A stretch of DNA of 64,000 nt from an uncultured bacterium (GCA_963749495.1 CAVVMW010000019.1:160001-224000); one strand, 5' to 3'; shown: positions 42,786 to 53,965, numbered from the stretch's first letter. Numbers and translations: made by a program. The notes: a model not told the origin generated them from the sequence alone.

Positions 42786-44192
42786 ATGCGAAAGCCATTT
42801 TCTGATCACGCGAATTCCCCCGGTTCCCCTGCCACCATTGAGTCCGTCCCGGCCACGCCGATTTGCCGGCGGGCGTTCCTGGCGCACTCGGCGGCCATTG
42901 CGGCCTTGGCGGTCGTGCCCAGGCACGTCTTGGGCGGGCCGGGCAACGTTTCCCCGAACGAAAAGCTCAACCTGGCCGGCATCGGCATCGGCGGCCAGGG
43001 CGCCAGTGACCTGGCCGAGCTGAAGAGCGAGAACATCGTGGCCCTCTGTGATGTGGATTGGGCCTACGCCGCCCACACGTTCAACGAGTATCCGAAGGCC
43101 AAAAAGTACCGGGATTTTCGCGTCATGCTCGAGCAGGAGAAGGGCATCGATGGCGTGGTCATCGGCACGCCCGATCACATCCATGCGGTGGCGGCGATGG
43201 CGGGCATCCAGCACGGCAAGCATGTGTATTGCGAGAAACCGCTCACGCGCACGGTCTTCGAGGCGCGGGCCCTGGCCAAAGCCGCCCTCGAGGCCAAGGT
43301 CGCCACCCAGATGGGCAACCAGGGCATGGCCTTCGAGGGCAACCGCCTGATCAATGAATGGCTGGCCGACGGCGCCATCGGCCCCGTGCGGGAGGTCCAT
43401 GTCTGGTCCGACCGGCCCACGCACCGCGGCAAGCTCCCATTGTATTGGGCACAGGGCATCGAGCGGCCCAAGGAGACCCCGCCCGTGCCCGAGACGCTCG
43501 ACTGGAACCTCTGGCTGGGCCCCGCCCCGTGGCGCCCGTTTCACACCGCTTATGTCCCATTCAAATGGCGCGGCTGGTGGGATTTCGGCTCGGGCGGCCT
43601 TGGCGACATGGGCATCCACAACCTGGCTCCGGTCTTCTCCGCCCTGAACCTGGGCGCCCTGCTCTCCGTGCATTCCAGTTCGACCGCGGTCTATCCCGAG
43701 ACCCTGCCCGTGGCCTCGGTCGTGCATTACGAGTTCCCCGCCCGCGGCGACCTGCCCCCCGTCAAGCTGCACTGGTACGATGGCGGCATCCTCCCGGCCC
43801 GGCCTGATGAACTGGAAGACGGCCGCGAGCTGGACCCGGAGGACGGCATCATCTTCGTGGGCGACAAGGCCAAGATGCTCGTCAAGGGGTGGGGCGGCGA
43901 AAGCCCGCGCCTCATCCCTGAAAAACGCAACCAGGAATACAAACGCCCCCCGAAGACCCTGCCCCGCTCGATCGGCCATCACAAGGAGTTCCTGGCCGCC
44001 TGCAAGACCGGCTCGCCTACACGCTCCAACTTCGGCTTCGCAGGCCCGCTCACCGAGGCCGTCCTCCTGGGCACCCTCTCCGTCCGGCTCGGCGGCGAGA
44101 AGCTCTATTGGGACGCCGAGAAACTGCGCACCGACAACGACGAGGCCAACGCCCTGCTGCACTACAAGTATCGCGAGGGGTGGACGTTGTGA
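42786..44192 (+). CDS. Tat-exported Gfo/Idh/MocA oxidoreductase
   Basis: RRAFL; IGIGGQG; GKHVYCEKPL; GGLGDMGIH. Confidence 0.92.
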   Translation: MRKPFSDHANSPGSPATIESVPATPICRRAFLAHSAAIAALAVVPRHVLGGPGNVSPNEKLNLAGIGIGGQGASDLAELKSENIVALCDVDWAYAAHTFNEYPKAKKYRDFRVMLEQEKGIDGVVIGTPDHIHAVAAMAGIQHGKHVYCEKPLTRTVFEARALAKAALEAKVATQMGNQGMAFEGNRLINEWLADGAIGPVREVHVWSDRPTHRGKLPLYWAQGIERPKETPPVPETLDWNLWLGPAPWRPFHTAYVPFKWRGWWDFGSGGLGDMGIHNLAPVFSALNLGALLSVHSSSTAVYPETLPVASVVHYEFPARGDLPPVKLHWYDGGILPARPDELEDGRELDPEDGIIFVGDKAKMLVKGWGGESPRLIPEKRNQEYKRPPKTLPRSIGHHKEFLAACKTGSPTRSNFGFAGPLTEAVLLGTLSVRLGGEKLYWDAEKLRTDNDEANALLHYKYREGWTL

Positions 44193-44361
44193 CCTGAAAT
44201 CCGAAGTCCAAATCGTGTTCCGGGCGCGCAACAAAACCCGCCGTGCGTTGTTACACCCTGTGGCGGTTAGCAGCGGGCAATACGTGAACAAGGATTGTAA
44301 TCATAATCATAACCCGCCCGCTGCTTGGTTCACGCCGCCATAGCAGAAAGGCGCAGACAAC

Positions 44362-44751
44362 ATGAAAACAGCAACATCCCAAAGCGGAGGTTTCACCCTC
44401 GTCGAGATCATGATCGTGGTGGCCATCATCGGCCTGTTGGCCTCGATCGCCGTGCCCAACTACATGAAATCGCGGCAGCAGGCCCACCAGAAGGCCTGCA
44501 TCAGCAACCAGCAGCAGATTGACGGCGCGATTCAGCGCTGGGCCATGGACCTCAACAAGGCCCAGGGCCAACCGGTGACTTACAGCGATATCAGCAGCTA
44601 CCTCCAGCGCGCGGTCGTGTGCCCCGCGGGCGGCTCGACCTTCCAGGACAGCTACACCATCACGACCGTGGACGCCGCGCCGGTCTGCCAGCGCGTGCCC
44701 TCCGGCCCTTATGCCCACGTGCTCCCGCAGACACTCCAGGGCGGCGGATGA
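44362..44751 (+). CDS. Type IV pilin/pseudopilin-like protein
   Basis: GFTLVEIMIVVAIIGLLASIAVPNY. Confidence 0.9.
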   Translation: MKTATSQSGGFTLVEIMIVVAIIGLLASIAVPNYMKSRQQAHQKACISNQQQIDGAIQRWAMDLNKAQGQPVTYSDISSYLQRAVVCPAGGSTFQDSYTITTVDAAPVCQRVPSGPYAHVLPQTLQGGG

Positions 44752-44752
44752 C

Positions 44753-44947
44753 GCTAAAGGCTAAAGGCTAAAGGCCGAAGGCCGAAGGCTGAAGTGCGGG
44801 GACGGGGTCCTCTGCATCGTAAGGGCGGATGGGCTGCGCCATCCACCTTTGGCCTCTGCACTTTAGCCTTTAGCCTTTAGCCTTTAGCCTTTAGGTGCGC
44901 CGCCGCGCTTGACTGTGGACTGTGGACTGTGGACTGTGGACTGTGGA
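44753..44947. repeat. Inverted heptamer arrays (CTAAAGG)n...(CCTTTAG)n followed by (GACTGTG) x5
   Basis: Directly visible; last array abuts ATG at 44948. Confidence 0.92.
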
Positions 44948-46075
44948 ATGCGGCTGCTGGACCGTTATCTATTGCGCGAACTGCTCATCCCGCTCGGCTA
45001 TTGCCTGAGCGGCTTCCTGATCTTCTGGATAGCGTTCAACCTGGTCGAAAATCTGAACGAATTTCAGAAGAACGGCCTGCGAGGCAAGGACGTGGCGGAG
45101 TATTACCTGGTCCAGGCGCCGGAGATCCTGGTGGTCATCCTGCCGGTGGCCTTGCTGCTGGCCCTGCTCTACACGCTGACCAACCACGCGCGGCACAACG
45201 AGCTGACGGCCATGCGGGTGGCCGGGATGAGCGTGTGGCGGCTCTCGTTGCCCTACCTGGGGGTCGGCCTGGCCATCAGCCTGGCCGCGCTGGCCCTCAA
45301 TGAACTGTGCGTGCCGGACAGCACCGATGCCGCCAAACGCATCCTGGCGCGCCGGCTTGGCGGCGGGGCGCCCAAACCCGGCGAGGCCCGCCGCCTGGCC
45401 GTCAAAAACGAGCGCGACGGCCGCGACTGGATCATCGGCCTCTACAACACGATTACGGGCGAGATGATCAACCCCGTCGTCAAATGGTCCGAGCCCGACG
45501 GCTGTTATCTCCAGATCCATGCCCGGCGCGCCGCCCGCGTCGAAGGCGTCTGGACCTTCTACGACGTGGAGGAATTCCAGACCGACCCGGATTCGGACGA
45601 GCCGCCGGTCAAGCTGCTGGCAACCAATGTGCTGGCCATGCCCGCCTTTTCGGAGACCCCGGAGCAGATCAAGAGCGAGATCAAGATCAGCAACAACCTG
45701 GCCCTGCCGGGCAGCACCAAGACCAAGAAACCGGACATGTCAATTGCCGAGATCCTCGATTACCTGCGCCTGCACCCCAATCCCTTGCCTGCCAATCGCT
45801 GCTGGCTTTACACGAAGCTGCACGGGCGCCTGGCCGCGCCCTGGACCAGCATCGTCGTGGTCCTCATCGCGATTCCGTTCGGCGCCGTTTCGGGCCGGCG
45901 CAACGTGTTCATGGGCGTGGCCGGCAGCCTGGTCATCTGCTTCGCCTATTTCGTGCTGCAGCAACTCACCCTGGCCCTGGGCACCGGAGGCTACGTGCAG
46001 CCCTGGCTGGCGGGCTGGCTGCCCAACCTCTCGTTCGGGCTCATCGGCCTGGGTCTGACGGCGCGCATCCGCTGA
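44948..46075 (+). CDS. LptF/LptG family LPS export permease
   Basis: LLDRYLLRE, NELTAMRVAGMS, LAGWLPN. Confidence 0.9.
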   Translation: MRLLDRYLLRELLIPLGYCLSGFLIFWIAFNLVENLNEFQKNGLRGKDVAEYYLVQAPEILVVILPVALLLALLYTLTNHARHNELTAMRVAGMSVWRLSLPYLGVGLAISLAALALNELCVPDSTDAAKRILARRLGGGAPKPGEARRLAVKNERDGRDWIIGLYNTITGEMINPVVKWSEPDGCYLQIHARRAARVEGVWTFYDVEEFQTDPDSDEPPVKLLATNVLAMPAFSETPEQIKSEIKISNNLALPGSTKTKKPDMSIAEILDYLRLHPNPLPANRCWLYTKLHGRLAAPWTSIVVVLIAIPFGAVSGRRNVFMGVAGSLVICFAYFVLQQLTLALGTGGYVQPWLAGWLPNLSFGLIGLGLTARIR

Positions 46076-46082
46076 GGGTCGT

Positions 46083-47810
46083 ATGAGTGATGAACTGGCG
46101 GAACTGCGGGCGCGGTGCGAGCGGTTGAGCCTGCTCAACCAGGTGGGCAACGTGATACACTCGACGCTGGAGCCGCAGGAGGCGCTGCAGTTGATCCTCA
46201 AGGAAGCGGTGCGGCTCATGCGCGCCTCCAGCGGCTCGATGGTCCTGGTCAATCCCACCACCGGCCTGCTGGAGATCCTCGCTTCTCATGGGCTGCCGCC
46301 GGAGGCCGCCGAGCTGAAGCTGCCGCTGGGCCAGGGCCTGACCGGTTGGGTCGCGCGCACCGGGCGCCCGGCCCGCGTCGGCAACGTTGCCCAGGACAGC
46401 CGCTACGTCCCGTTGCGGCCGGAGGTCCGTTCCGAGCTGGCCGTGCCGCTGGAGGTCAACGGCGAGGTGCGCGGCGTGCTCAACGTGGATTCGGACGCCC
46501 CGGCGGCCTTCAGCGCCGAAGACCAGGCCCTGCTGGAGGCCCTGGCCGCCCCGGCCGCCCGCGTCATTCACAACACCTGGCTTTACGAGCAACTCCGCCT
46601 CAAGGTCGGTCTCTTCGAGTCGCTCTTCACGGTGAGCCAGACGATCAATTCCACGCTCAACCTCGACAACGCCTTCAAGGTGATCACCCAGGAGGCCTGC
46701 GTGCTCATGCGCGGCAAGGTCTGCACGCTGCGGCTGCTGGACGAATCGCGCCAGTGGCTGGACCTGCGCGCCAGTTTTGGCGCCGGCGCCTCCTATTTGA
46801 ACAAACCGCGCCTGGCCGCCGATGAGAGCCTCCTGGGCATCGTCGTCCGGCGCAGGAAGCCGATCCAGATCGAGAACGTGCAGGTCTCCAGCCGCTACCA
46901 GCACGTGGAGGCGGCGCGAGTCGAGGGCCTGGTGGCCCTGCTGAGCGTGCCGCTGCTCTACTCCGGCCAGGCCATCGGCACCTTGAGCGTCTATACCGGC
47001 CAGCCCTACAGCTTTTCCAACGAGGAGATTCGCATCCTTTCCGCCCTGGCCGAGCTCTCCGCGATTGCCATCCAGAAGGCGCGGCTTTACGAGCGGGTCG
47101 TGGACGTGGAAGAGCGGTTGCGCTCGAACGAGAAGCTGGCGGCGCTGGGACTGCTGGCAGCCGAGGTCGCCCATGAAATCCGCAACCCGCTCACCGTCAT
47201 GAACATGCTCTACCACTCGCTGGACCTGAAGTTCCCCGAGAGCGACCCCCGCGCCAAAGACGCCCGCATCATCGCCCAGCAGATCGAGCACCTCAACGGC
47301 ATCGTCGAGCAGATCCTCGATTTTGCCCGCACCACCGAGCCCCGGTTCACGCCGGTGGACCTCAACGAGTTGATCGAAGAACTGGGGCTTCTGGTCCGCC
47401 ATAAGCTCAAGCACCAGAACGTCCAGCTCGAACGCAAGCTCGACCCCGCCTTGCCGCGCGTCCTGGGCGACGCCCCGCAACTTGAACAGGCCTTTCTCAA
47501 CCTCATCCTCAACGCCGCCCAGGCCATGCCCGCAGGCGGCACCCTCACCGTCACCTCCCGTTCCCTCTCCGCCCCGCGCCGCGCCCGGCGCCCCACCCAC
47601 GTGGCCGTCGAGTTCACCGACACCGGCCCGGGCATGGCCCAGGAACAGCGGCGCCGCGCCTTCACCGCCGTCTTGAACACCACCAAGGCCGCCGGCACCG
47701 GCCTGGGCCTGGCCATTGTCGGCCGCGTCGTCCAGACCCACCACGGCAAGGTCAAGATCAAGTCCCCGCCCGGGGGAGGGACCACGGTGACGATCCTTCT
47801 GCCGGTGTGA
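46083..47810 (+). CDS. Double-GAF sensor histidine kinase
   Basis: SELAVPL GAF motif; VAHEIRNPL H-box; N, G1 and G2 boxes. Confidence 0.92.
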   Translation: MSDELAELRARCERLSLLNQVGNVIHSTLEPQEALQLILKEAVRLMRASSGSMVLVNPTTGLLEILASHGLPPEAAELKLPLGQGLTGWVARTGRPARVGNVAQDSRYVPLRPEVRSELAVPLEVNGEVRGVLNVDSDAPAAFSAEDQALLEALAAPAARVIHNTWLYEQLRLKVGLFESLFTVSQTINSTLNLDNAFKVITQEACVLMRGKVCTLRLLDESRQWLDLRASFGAGASYLNKPRLAADESLLGIVVRRRKPIQIENVQVSSRYQHVEAARVEGLVALLSVPLLYSGQAIGTLSVYTGQPYSFSNEEIRILSALAELSAIAIQKARLYERVVDVEERLRSNEKLAALGLLAAEVAHEIRNPLTVMNMLYHSLDLKFPESDPRAKDARIIAQQIEHLNGIVEQILDFARTTEPRFTPVDLNELIEELGLLVRHKLKHQNVQLERKLDPALPRVLGDAPQLEQAFLNLILNAAQAMPAGGTLTVTSRSLSAPRRARRPTHVAVEFTDTGPGMAQEQRRRAFTAVLNTTKAAGTGLGLAIVGRVVQTHHGKVKIKSPPGGGTTVTILLPV

Positions 47811-47852
47811 TAGAGCGCGCCGCGCGCATCTGCCGGGTACCCCCGCGGGAGA

Positions 47853-48076
47853 GGCAACCCGGAGGGTTGCCAGAAGGAAGCCGGGGGTCGCGGCCTCGCC
47901 GCGACCCCCGGTTGACTGCGTCGAGGGCCCTGCACCCCGGATGGGGTGCCAGAAAGGAGCGTCCGTGCGGGTGAGCCTCTGGCATCCCTCCGGGATGCAA
48001 ACGCACAGCGCCGTTGAACCGGGGGTCTCGCAACGCTTCGACCCCCGGCTACCTTCTCTCATCCCTCCGGGATGAA
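47853..48076. repeat. BIME-like composite REP element, copy 2
   Basis: Near-identical to 26272-26470. Confidence 0.9.
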
Positions 48077-48203
48077 GCTGGGAAGCCGCAGTCACGTGCC
48101 GTCGCTTTCCCCAAGCTGGTGGCGATGTCGAGATGCGCCCGAGCACCCTGGCTGGAAGCTCTTACCCTTGACGCCCTCTGGCTGGAGCGCAAAGATTGCC
48201 GGC

Positions 48204-49562
48204 ATGAAGCTGACAACCCAGGCATCCCGCGGCCCCTTACCCCTGGCCCTCTGGCTTCTGTGGGCCTGCGCGGCGGCGCTCGGGGCGGCGGAGGCCTCCG
48301 GCCCCGGGACCTTCTACCTCCCGGCGGACCCGAAATACACGATCGTGCAGTCCGCCATGGATTCGGTCCGGTTTACGCTCACAAGGACGCTCGAGCCAGA
48401 CGCGCGCGGCCACCTGGTCTCGACCTCCAGCTTTGTCGATCCCGAGGGCCGTGTGATGAGCTGGCACGACTTCGGCAATCTCGAGGGTCCGGGCTGGGCC
48501 GCCAACGCGCTGGGCGGGGCCTGGGAGATTTACGCCCTGGGCGCATTCCTGGGCAAACGCGAGTGGCAAAGCAATGCGCTGGGGGTGCTGGACCACGTGC
48601 TGGAAGGCGGTTTCGTGGACGACCAGAGCGGGTTCATTCGCGGTTACCGCGAGACTGCCTCGGGGGAGTTCTGCCTCAACTACAAGCACAACTCCGATTG
48701 GTTCTGCCCGGGCTCGATGGCCAAGATAGCGTTCCAGCTCCTGGGCTTCGCGGACGACCTGGGCCGCGACCCGCGGGCCAAACGGATGCGCGCCATCGCG
48801 GTGCGGTGCGCCCAATGGCTCCAGGAGCGCGTCGAACCGGTGCCCAATGGCTGGTTCCCCCGCCGGACCGACCCCGCCGGCAAGACGTACCGCAAATCGC
48901 CCGACGGCGGCAACGACCCTTTCTGGCAGACCTCCGCCGACGGCTTGTTCATCGTGCAGTTGCAGACGGCCCTCACGCAGCGGAGACTGGCCGATTACAG
49001 GGACTCGGTCGAGGCCAGGGCCAAGGTCTTCATGGGCGCCGGCGGCATCTTCGGCAGCATCAACCATGACACCTATGACGCGCTCGAAAACGTGGCCTGC
49101 TCGGTGGCCTTTCGCACCTGGCTCCCGGCCTCGGGTCTGCTCGAGGATGCCGCGCTCCGGCAGTTTGCGTTCGACCGCTGCCTGGGCGCGCTCGACCTGT
49201 TCAAGATGCGCGAGGACCGCAACGGCGTCCGCACCCGGGGACTGCTCTACATGGAGAAATCCTGGGACACCGCTTATTTGTGGGAGAACGCCGAGGCCGC
49301 CCTCGCCCTCTTCGAGGCTGCGCTGGACACGCGGAAGACCCACCCGGACCGCAGCCGCCAATACGAATTGGACGGCCTGGTCATACTCAGGGCCATCGCC
49401 AAACATCACTACGGCCCCCACGGATTTCTGACCGAGGGTGTGGACTGGAACGACCACGTTGGCCAGCAACATCACATTGATGGGGTCAAATATGCCGCCA
49501 TCCGTTACACCGAGCCTTTCCTCAACAACCAGCACATCGTCGAGCCGACCTCTTCTATCTGA
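48204..49562 (+). CDS. Secreted hypothetical protein (possible alpha/alpha-toroid glycoside hydrolase-like); C-terminus probably frameshifted
   Basis: Signal peptide; helical W/E-rich body; EPT then LFYLKHLA continues in shifted frame. Confidence 0.7.
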   Translation: MKLTTQASRGPLPLALWLLWACAAALGAAEASGPGTFYLPADPKYTIVQSAMDSVRFTLTRTLEPDARGHLVSTSSFVDPEGRVMSWHDFGNLEGPGWAANALGGAWEIYALGAFLGKREWQSNALGVLDHVLEGGFVDDQSGFIRGYRETASGEFCLNYKHNSDWFCPGSMAKIAFQLLGFADDLGRDPRAKRMRAIAVRCAQWLQERVEPVPNGWFPRRTDPAGKTYRKSPDGGNDPFWQTSADGLFIVQLQTALTQRRLADYRDSVEARAKVFMGAGGIFGSINHDTYDALENVACSVAFRTWLPASGLLEDAALRQFAFDRCLGALDLFKMREDRNGVRTRGLLYMEKSWDTAYLWENAEAALALFEAALDTRKTHPDRSRQYELDGLVILRAIAKHHYGPHGFLTEGVDWNDHVGQQHHIDGVKYAAIRYTEPFLNNQHIVEPTSSI

Positions 49563-49657
49563 AGCACCTGGCCCGCAAGGAACGACAGGGTAATTCCACC
49601 CGTTTCCTGGACTTCGAGGGAAACCAGTTGCTGGACATGGGCCCGCGCCCGGACTGA

Positions 49658-49711
49658 CATTCATCATTCGTCATTCGTCATTTCTCACTCCGCACTCCGC
49701 ACTCCGCACTC
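49658..49711. repeat. Adjacent heptamer arrays (CATTCGT)n and (CACTCCG)n
   Basis: Directly visible. Confidence 0.85.
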
Positions 49712-49900
49712 GATGAGCCCTCGGTTGCGGCTTGACGCTATCCCGTCGAGACCCCTAAACTCTGGTGCAATGGACGGAACCCGTTTAGTGGAAAGGCCGC
49801 ACCTTGAGCCGCTGGAGATCGCTAGTGTGATTTCGGAGCGACAGGGGGCGGGGCTTTTGCCGCCCATTAGAGTCAGTATTACCTCGAAACTTATCTGCTT

Positions 49901-52900
49901 ATGCGAAGAACTATTCTACCAACAGTCGCCCTGCTTGCCGGGGTCCTGGCGGCCCCGGCGAGTGTCACTGTGCAGGGCTGGTGGCACTTGGACAGTATCC
50001 AGCCCATCAACGATTCGAGTGGCAACAACCGGACCTTCGGCTCGGCCTACTCGACCGCCCCGGCTACGGGCGGGTCGGTGGCGGCCCAACTCATCAACAA
50101 CGGGGTGGGCGGGCCGCTGGATGGCACAGGCTGGACGAGCACCGAGTGCATCAGGGTCGGCGTCGGAGTTGGCGCCAAGCGCCAAAGCTCGATGTGGGGC
50201 CTCGGTTACAATCCCCCGGCCCAGAATTTCGGAATCGAGGTGTGGGCATTGCCGCAAGACAACGGCATCGCCGGCGGTAGCGGTGGCTGGATCTTTTCGT
50301 CCGGTTCGTCGGGCGGCGTCGCCTTGCGCATCAACGCCCCCAGCGGCAGCCCATCGTATATTGACGCCTATGACGTGCAGAGCGGCATGACCATTGGCAA
50401 CCAGGCGCTGATCGATACCAATCGGTGGACGCACCTGGCCATCGTCAATGCGGGTGGTGTCACCACCTTCTACACCAACGGCATTCCCTGCGGGCCCAGC
50501 CAGACCAATGCCACCTCCGCCTCAGCCGGGGATGCCTATATGATGTCTGCGCCGGGCGACAACCAGGCCTATTATGGGTTCCTGGACGAGGCCCGCATGT
50601 TCACCTTCGCCGCCGGGGCCTTCTCGACCAACGACCTGCTGCTTCGGACCTCCAGCGGGCCGACGGTCATCACCCAGCCCCAGAGCGCCTCGGTCTGGAT
50701 CGGCGGCGCGGCGCCCTTTAGCACCGTCACCTCGTTCGATAACTCGCTGCTCTTCCAATGGATGCGCGGGGGCTCGAATATCGCCGGCGCCACCGACGCC
50801 ACATACATCCTGCCGGTGGTTGCCGCGCCCGACAACGGCAGCACCTTCGATTGCAAAGTGAGCTCAGGCAGCCTCTCGGTAACGAGTGCTCCGGCCACGC
50901 TGACGGTGGTGACGCCCAACGCGTCGAACGTCGCGGCCTATCGCAGCGCAGTGACCTCGGAGTCCAGCCTGGTGGCCTATTTCCCAGTGGACAATTGCAC
51001 CGGCACGGTCCTCACCAACGTGGTGGACGCCAACTACAACGGGATTGTGGAGAATGGCGCCGGCTACGATGGCCGCACCAATATTTCGTTTGGCCAGCGC
51101 GCCCTCTCGTTCGACCTGGTCGGGGACGTGCAGGTGCCGAACAAGCCCGACTATAGTTTCCCGAACGGCAATGGCACCCTTGAAGCCATGGTCTATCTGA
51201 ACCAGGGAACCGTGTCCCCGCCCGCTATCTTCGCGTTGGCGGAGGATGGCGGCACCCCGTATTACGCATTGCTCGCCTCGGCGAACGGGAGTTTCCTGAT
51301 TTATACGAACGCCAACGCTCTGCTCACCTGGCCCGTCCCCGGCGGGCTCATCGGCCGGTTCATCCATGTTGCCCTCGTGTTCGACAACGGCACTAACGTG
51401 ACGCCTTTCATCAACGGCCAGCCTTTGGGCACCCAGACCCAAGCCGGGTTCGGAGGCTTCGAAGGGCCGTTCTGGATCGGCGCCGCCGGGTCCATTGCGG
51501 ACGCCAACAACTGGGCAGGGACCATCAATGAAGTGGCCATCTACGGCACCGCCTTGTCCCAGGGCGACATTCAAGGCCATTATACGAAGTACGTTTACGG
51601 CACCAATGTGGCCCCGCCGTCGATCGCCAGCCAGCCCAGTTCAAAGACCATGCTGGCCGGCGGTTCCCCGACGCTTCTGGTGAGCGTGTCCGGGGCGTTG
51701 CCCTTTGCTTACCAATGGACCTCGAACGGCGTGCCCATCGCGGGGGCGACCTCGTCCTCTCTCACGCTTTCCCAGACCAAGACCAGCTATAGCGCGACCT
51801 ATGCCTGCACCATCACCAACGTCTTTGGCGCAACCAACACGCAGCCCATCATCCTGACCTTCCAAGCCCCGCCGGCCGGTTACATCTCCAAGGTCATGAG
51901 CGACAACCCGACCGCCCTCTGGCGCCTGGCCGATACGGCAGGGCCGACCGTTGTGGATTCCGCCGGGCTCTATGACGGCGCTTACACATCGAGCGGCGTC
52001 ACTTACGCCGTCGGCGGCTTCCCCGGGGACACCAATGCCGGCGCCCGCTTCGACGGCTCCTCCGGCCGCGCCATCATCCCCAATTCCTCCGCCTTCAACC
52101 CCAACGGCCCCTTCACCATCGAATTCTGGGGCAGCCTCTCCAGCTACGGCTTCTATGTCCCTCTCGGTTCCATGGACCGGCCCGCCCGCACCAGTGGCTA
52201 TGAGTTCTACATCAATGGCAACAGCGCCGGCTACGAATTCCATACCGCGGCCGGCGGCGGTTACAACATGATTTGCGCGGACGACCACGTCCCTGCAAAC
52301 GGCGCCTGGGCCCACGTGGTGGGTGTCTATGACACGACCAACATCTATCTCTACGTTAACGGCCAACTCGGCGACATCCAGGAGGACCCGCCGCTGCCGG
52401 CAGGCGTCGATAACTGGATCACGGAAGGCGCCCCGCCCTTCAACCCCAACACCTCATCGCCGTTTTACATCGCCTCCCGGAGTGACAACACCCATTACTT
52501 CGATGGCACGCTCTGCGACATCGCCTTCTATAATTACGCGCTCACCCCGGAGCAAATCCAGGCCCACTGGAGCTACGGCTGGGTGGCCGCACAGGCAACG
52601 CAGTCGCCCTCGGGTACGACGAACACCGAAGGGGCGACCATCGCCCTCACCGCGGCCGTCATCGGGGTGCCCAACAGTTATCAATGGTACAAGGGCACCA
52701 CCCCCCTGGCCGATTCGGCTAACCCTGACGGCACCGCGCACTACCCGCAGGACGTGACCAACCTCACTTTGGTCATCTCCCAGGCGGTGCCTGGTGACTC
52801 AGGCACCTATCACATGGTCGCCTCCAACCCGGTGGGCAACGCCACCACTGCCAATGCCACCGTGCTGGTCCTGGCGGACACCAACCCGCCGGCGGTCTCG

Positions 52901-53965
52901 TCGGTCGTCGCCCTGGGCACGCCCAATCTCACCGGGCCAACGCCCTACGCCATCAGGGTCAACTTCAACAAGCGCATCGATGCCACAACCGCCGGCGTGG
53001 CTGCCAACTACGTCCTGACCCCCTCGGTCACCATCAACAACGTGTACGTTGCCATGGATGTGGCGAGCGCCGCCCTGGGCTGTGATTGGCGCTGCGTGTT
53101 CCTGCAAACCAGCGGATTGACCCCCGGCGCCAAATACTCGCTGACCGTCCGCGGGGTCAAGGACCAGGCCCAGACACCCGTCACCATCGTGCCTGCGCCC
53201 GTCTCCTTCACCGCCCCGGTCCTCACCCCGGGCGGCCTGGAATGGGATTACTACTACCCGGTCACGCCGCAGGGCGTGCCTTCCCTGACCGGCGCCGCGA
53301 ATTATCCGTTTGCGCCCAGCACAAACGCGATCCTGACCAGCTTCGACACTCACCAGGTCACCGGCGGCGACCTCAACAACAACCCCGCCTTCGGTTCTTT
53401 GGGCGATAACTACGGCGATAGCCTCTCGGGCTGGCTCACCCCCACGGTCTCGGGCCAGTATTACTTCTTCATCGCCAGCGATGACAACTCCCAGTTGTGG
53501 CTCAGCACCGATTCCAACCCCGTCAATGCCGTAATGATCGCTAATGAGCCGGGCTGCTGCAACCCGTTCCAGGAACCGGGCGCAGGTGCAACCCAGACCT
53601 CGGATCTCATTTCGTTGACCGCAGGCACGTCTTACTTCATCCAGGCCCTCCACACCGAGGGCACTGGCGGCGACTACGTCAAGGTCGCCTGGCGGATCTC
53701 GACCGATACGACGCCGGCTGCGAACTTGAACCCGATCCCCGGCCAGTACATCTCCGCTTATGCCCCGGTCCAGGTGCAGCCACCCAGCTTCGCCCCGCCG
53801 CTCTTCAGCGGCGGCAAGCTGACCTTGACGTGGTCCGGCACCGGCACCTTGCAATCCTCGCCCGACCTCAAGACCTGGACCGATGTGCCCGGCAACCCGG
53901 CCTCGCCGTTTGTTGTGACGCCCAGTCCGAGCGTACCGCAAATGTTTTATCGCCTCGTCCAGTAA
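49901..53965 (+). CDS. Large secreted LamG-like/Ig-like/PA14 multidomain protein
   Basis: Signal peptide; three LamG-like units (WTHLAIV, HVALVFD, WAHVVGVYD); TQPQS Ig units; YYFFIASDDNSQLWL PA14; C-terminus QMFYRLVQ. Confidence 0.88.
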   Translation: MRRTILPTVALLAGVLAAPASVTVQGWWHLDSIQPINDSSGNNRTFGSAYSTAPATGGSVAAQLINNGVGGPLDGTGWTSTECIRVGVGVGAKRQSSMWGLGYNPPAQNFGIEVWALPQDNGIAGGSGGWIFSSGSSGGVALRINAPSGSPSYIDAYDVQSGMTIGNQALIDTNRWTHLAIVNAGGVTTFYTNGIPCGPSQTNATSASAGDAYMMSAPGDNQAYYGFLDEARMFTFAAGAFSTNDLLLRTSSGPTVITQPQSASVWIGGAAPFSTVTSFDNSLLFQWMRGGSNIAGATDATYILPVVAAPDNGSTFDCKVSSGSLSVTSAPATLTVVTPNASNVAAYRSAVTSESSLVAYFPVDNCTGTVLTNVVDANYNGIVENGAGYDGRTNISFGQRALSFDLVGDVQVPNKPDYSFPNGNGTLEAMVYLNQGTVSPPAIFALAEDGGTPYYALLASANGSFLIYTNANALLTWPVPGGLIGRFIHVALVFDNGTNVTPFINGQPLGTQTQAGFGGFEGPFWIGAAGSIADANNWAGTINEVAIYGTALSQGDIQGHYTKYVYGTNVAPPSIASQPSSKTMLAGGSPTLLVSVSGALPFAYQWTSNGVPIAGATSSSLTLSQTKTSYSATYACTITNVFGATNTQPIILTFQAPPAGYISKVMSDNPTALWRLADTAGPTVVDSAGLYDGAYTSSGVTYAVGGFPGDTNAGARFDGSSGRAIIPNSSAFNPNGPFTIEFWGSLSSYGFYVPLGSMDRPARTSGYEFYINGNSAGYEFHTAAGGGYNMICADDHVPANGAWAHVVGVYDTTNIYLYVNGQLGDIQEDPPLPAGVDNWITEGAPPFNPNTSSPFYIASRSDNTHYFDGTLCDIAFYNYALTPEQIQAHWSYGWVAAQATQSPSGTTNTEGATIALTAAVIGVPNSYQWYKGTTPLADSANPDGTAHYPQDVTNLTLVISQAVPGDSGTYHMVASNPVGNATTANATVLVLADTNPPAVSSVVALGTPNLTGPTPYAIRVNFNKRIDATTAGVAANYVLTPSVTINNVYVAMDVASAALGCDWRCVFLQTSGLTPGAKYSLTVRGVKDQAQTPVTIVPAPVSFTAPVLTPGGLEWDYYYPVTPQGVPSLTGAANYPFAPSTNAILTSFDTHQVTGGDLNNNPAFGSLGDNYGDSLSGWLTPTVSGQYYFFIASDDNSQLWLSTDSNPVNAVMIANEPGCCNPFQEPGAGATQTSDLISLTAGTSYFIQALHTEGTGGDYVKVAWRISTDTTPAANLNPIPGQYISAYAPVQVQPPSFAPPLFSGGKLTLTWSGTGTLQSSPDLKTWTDVPGNPASPFVVTPSPSVPQMFYRLVQ

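Noticed and set aside
49713..49900. Riboswitch upstream of the LamG protein
   Set aside because: No recognisable aptamer consensus by eye; would need an Rfam scan
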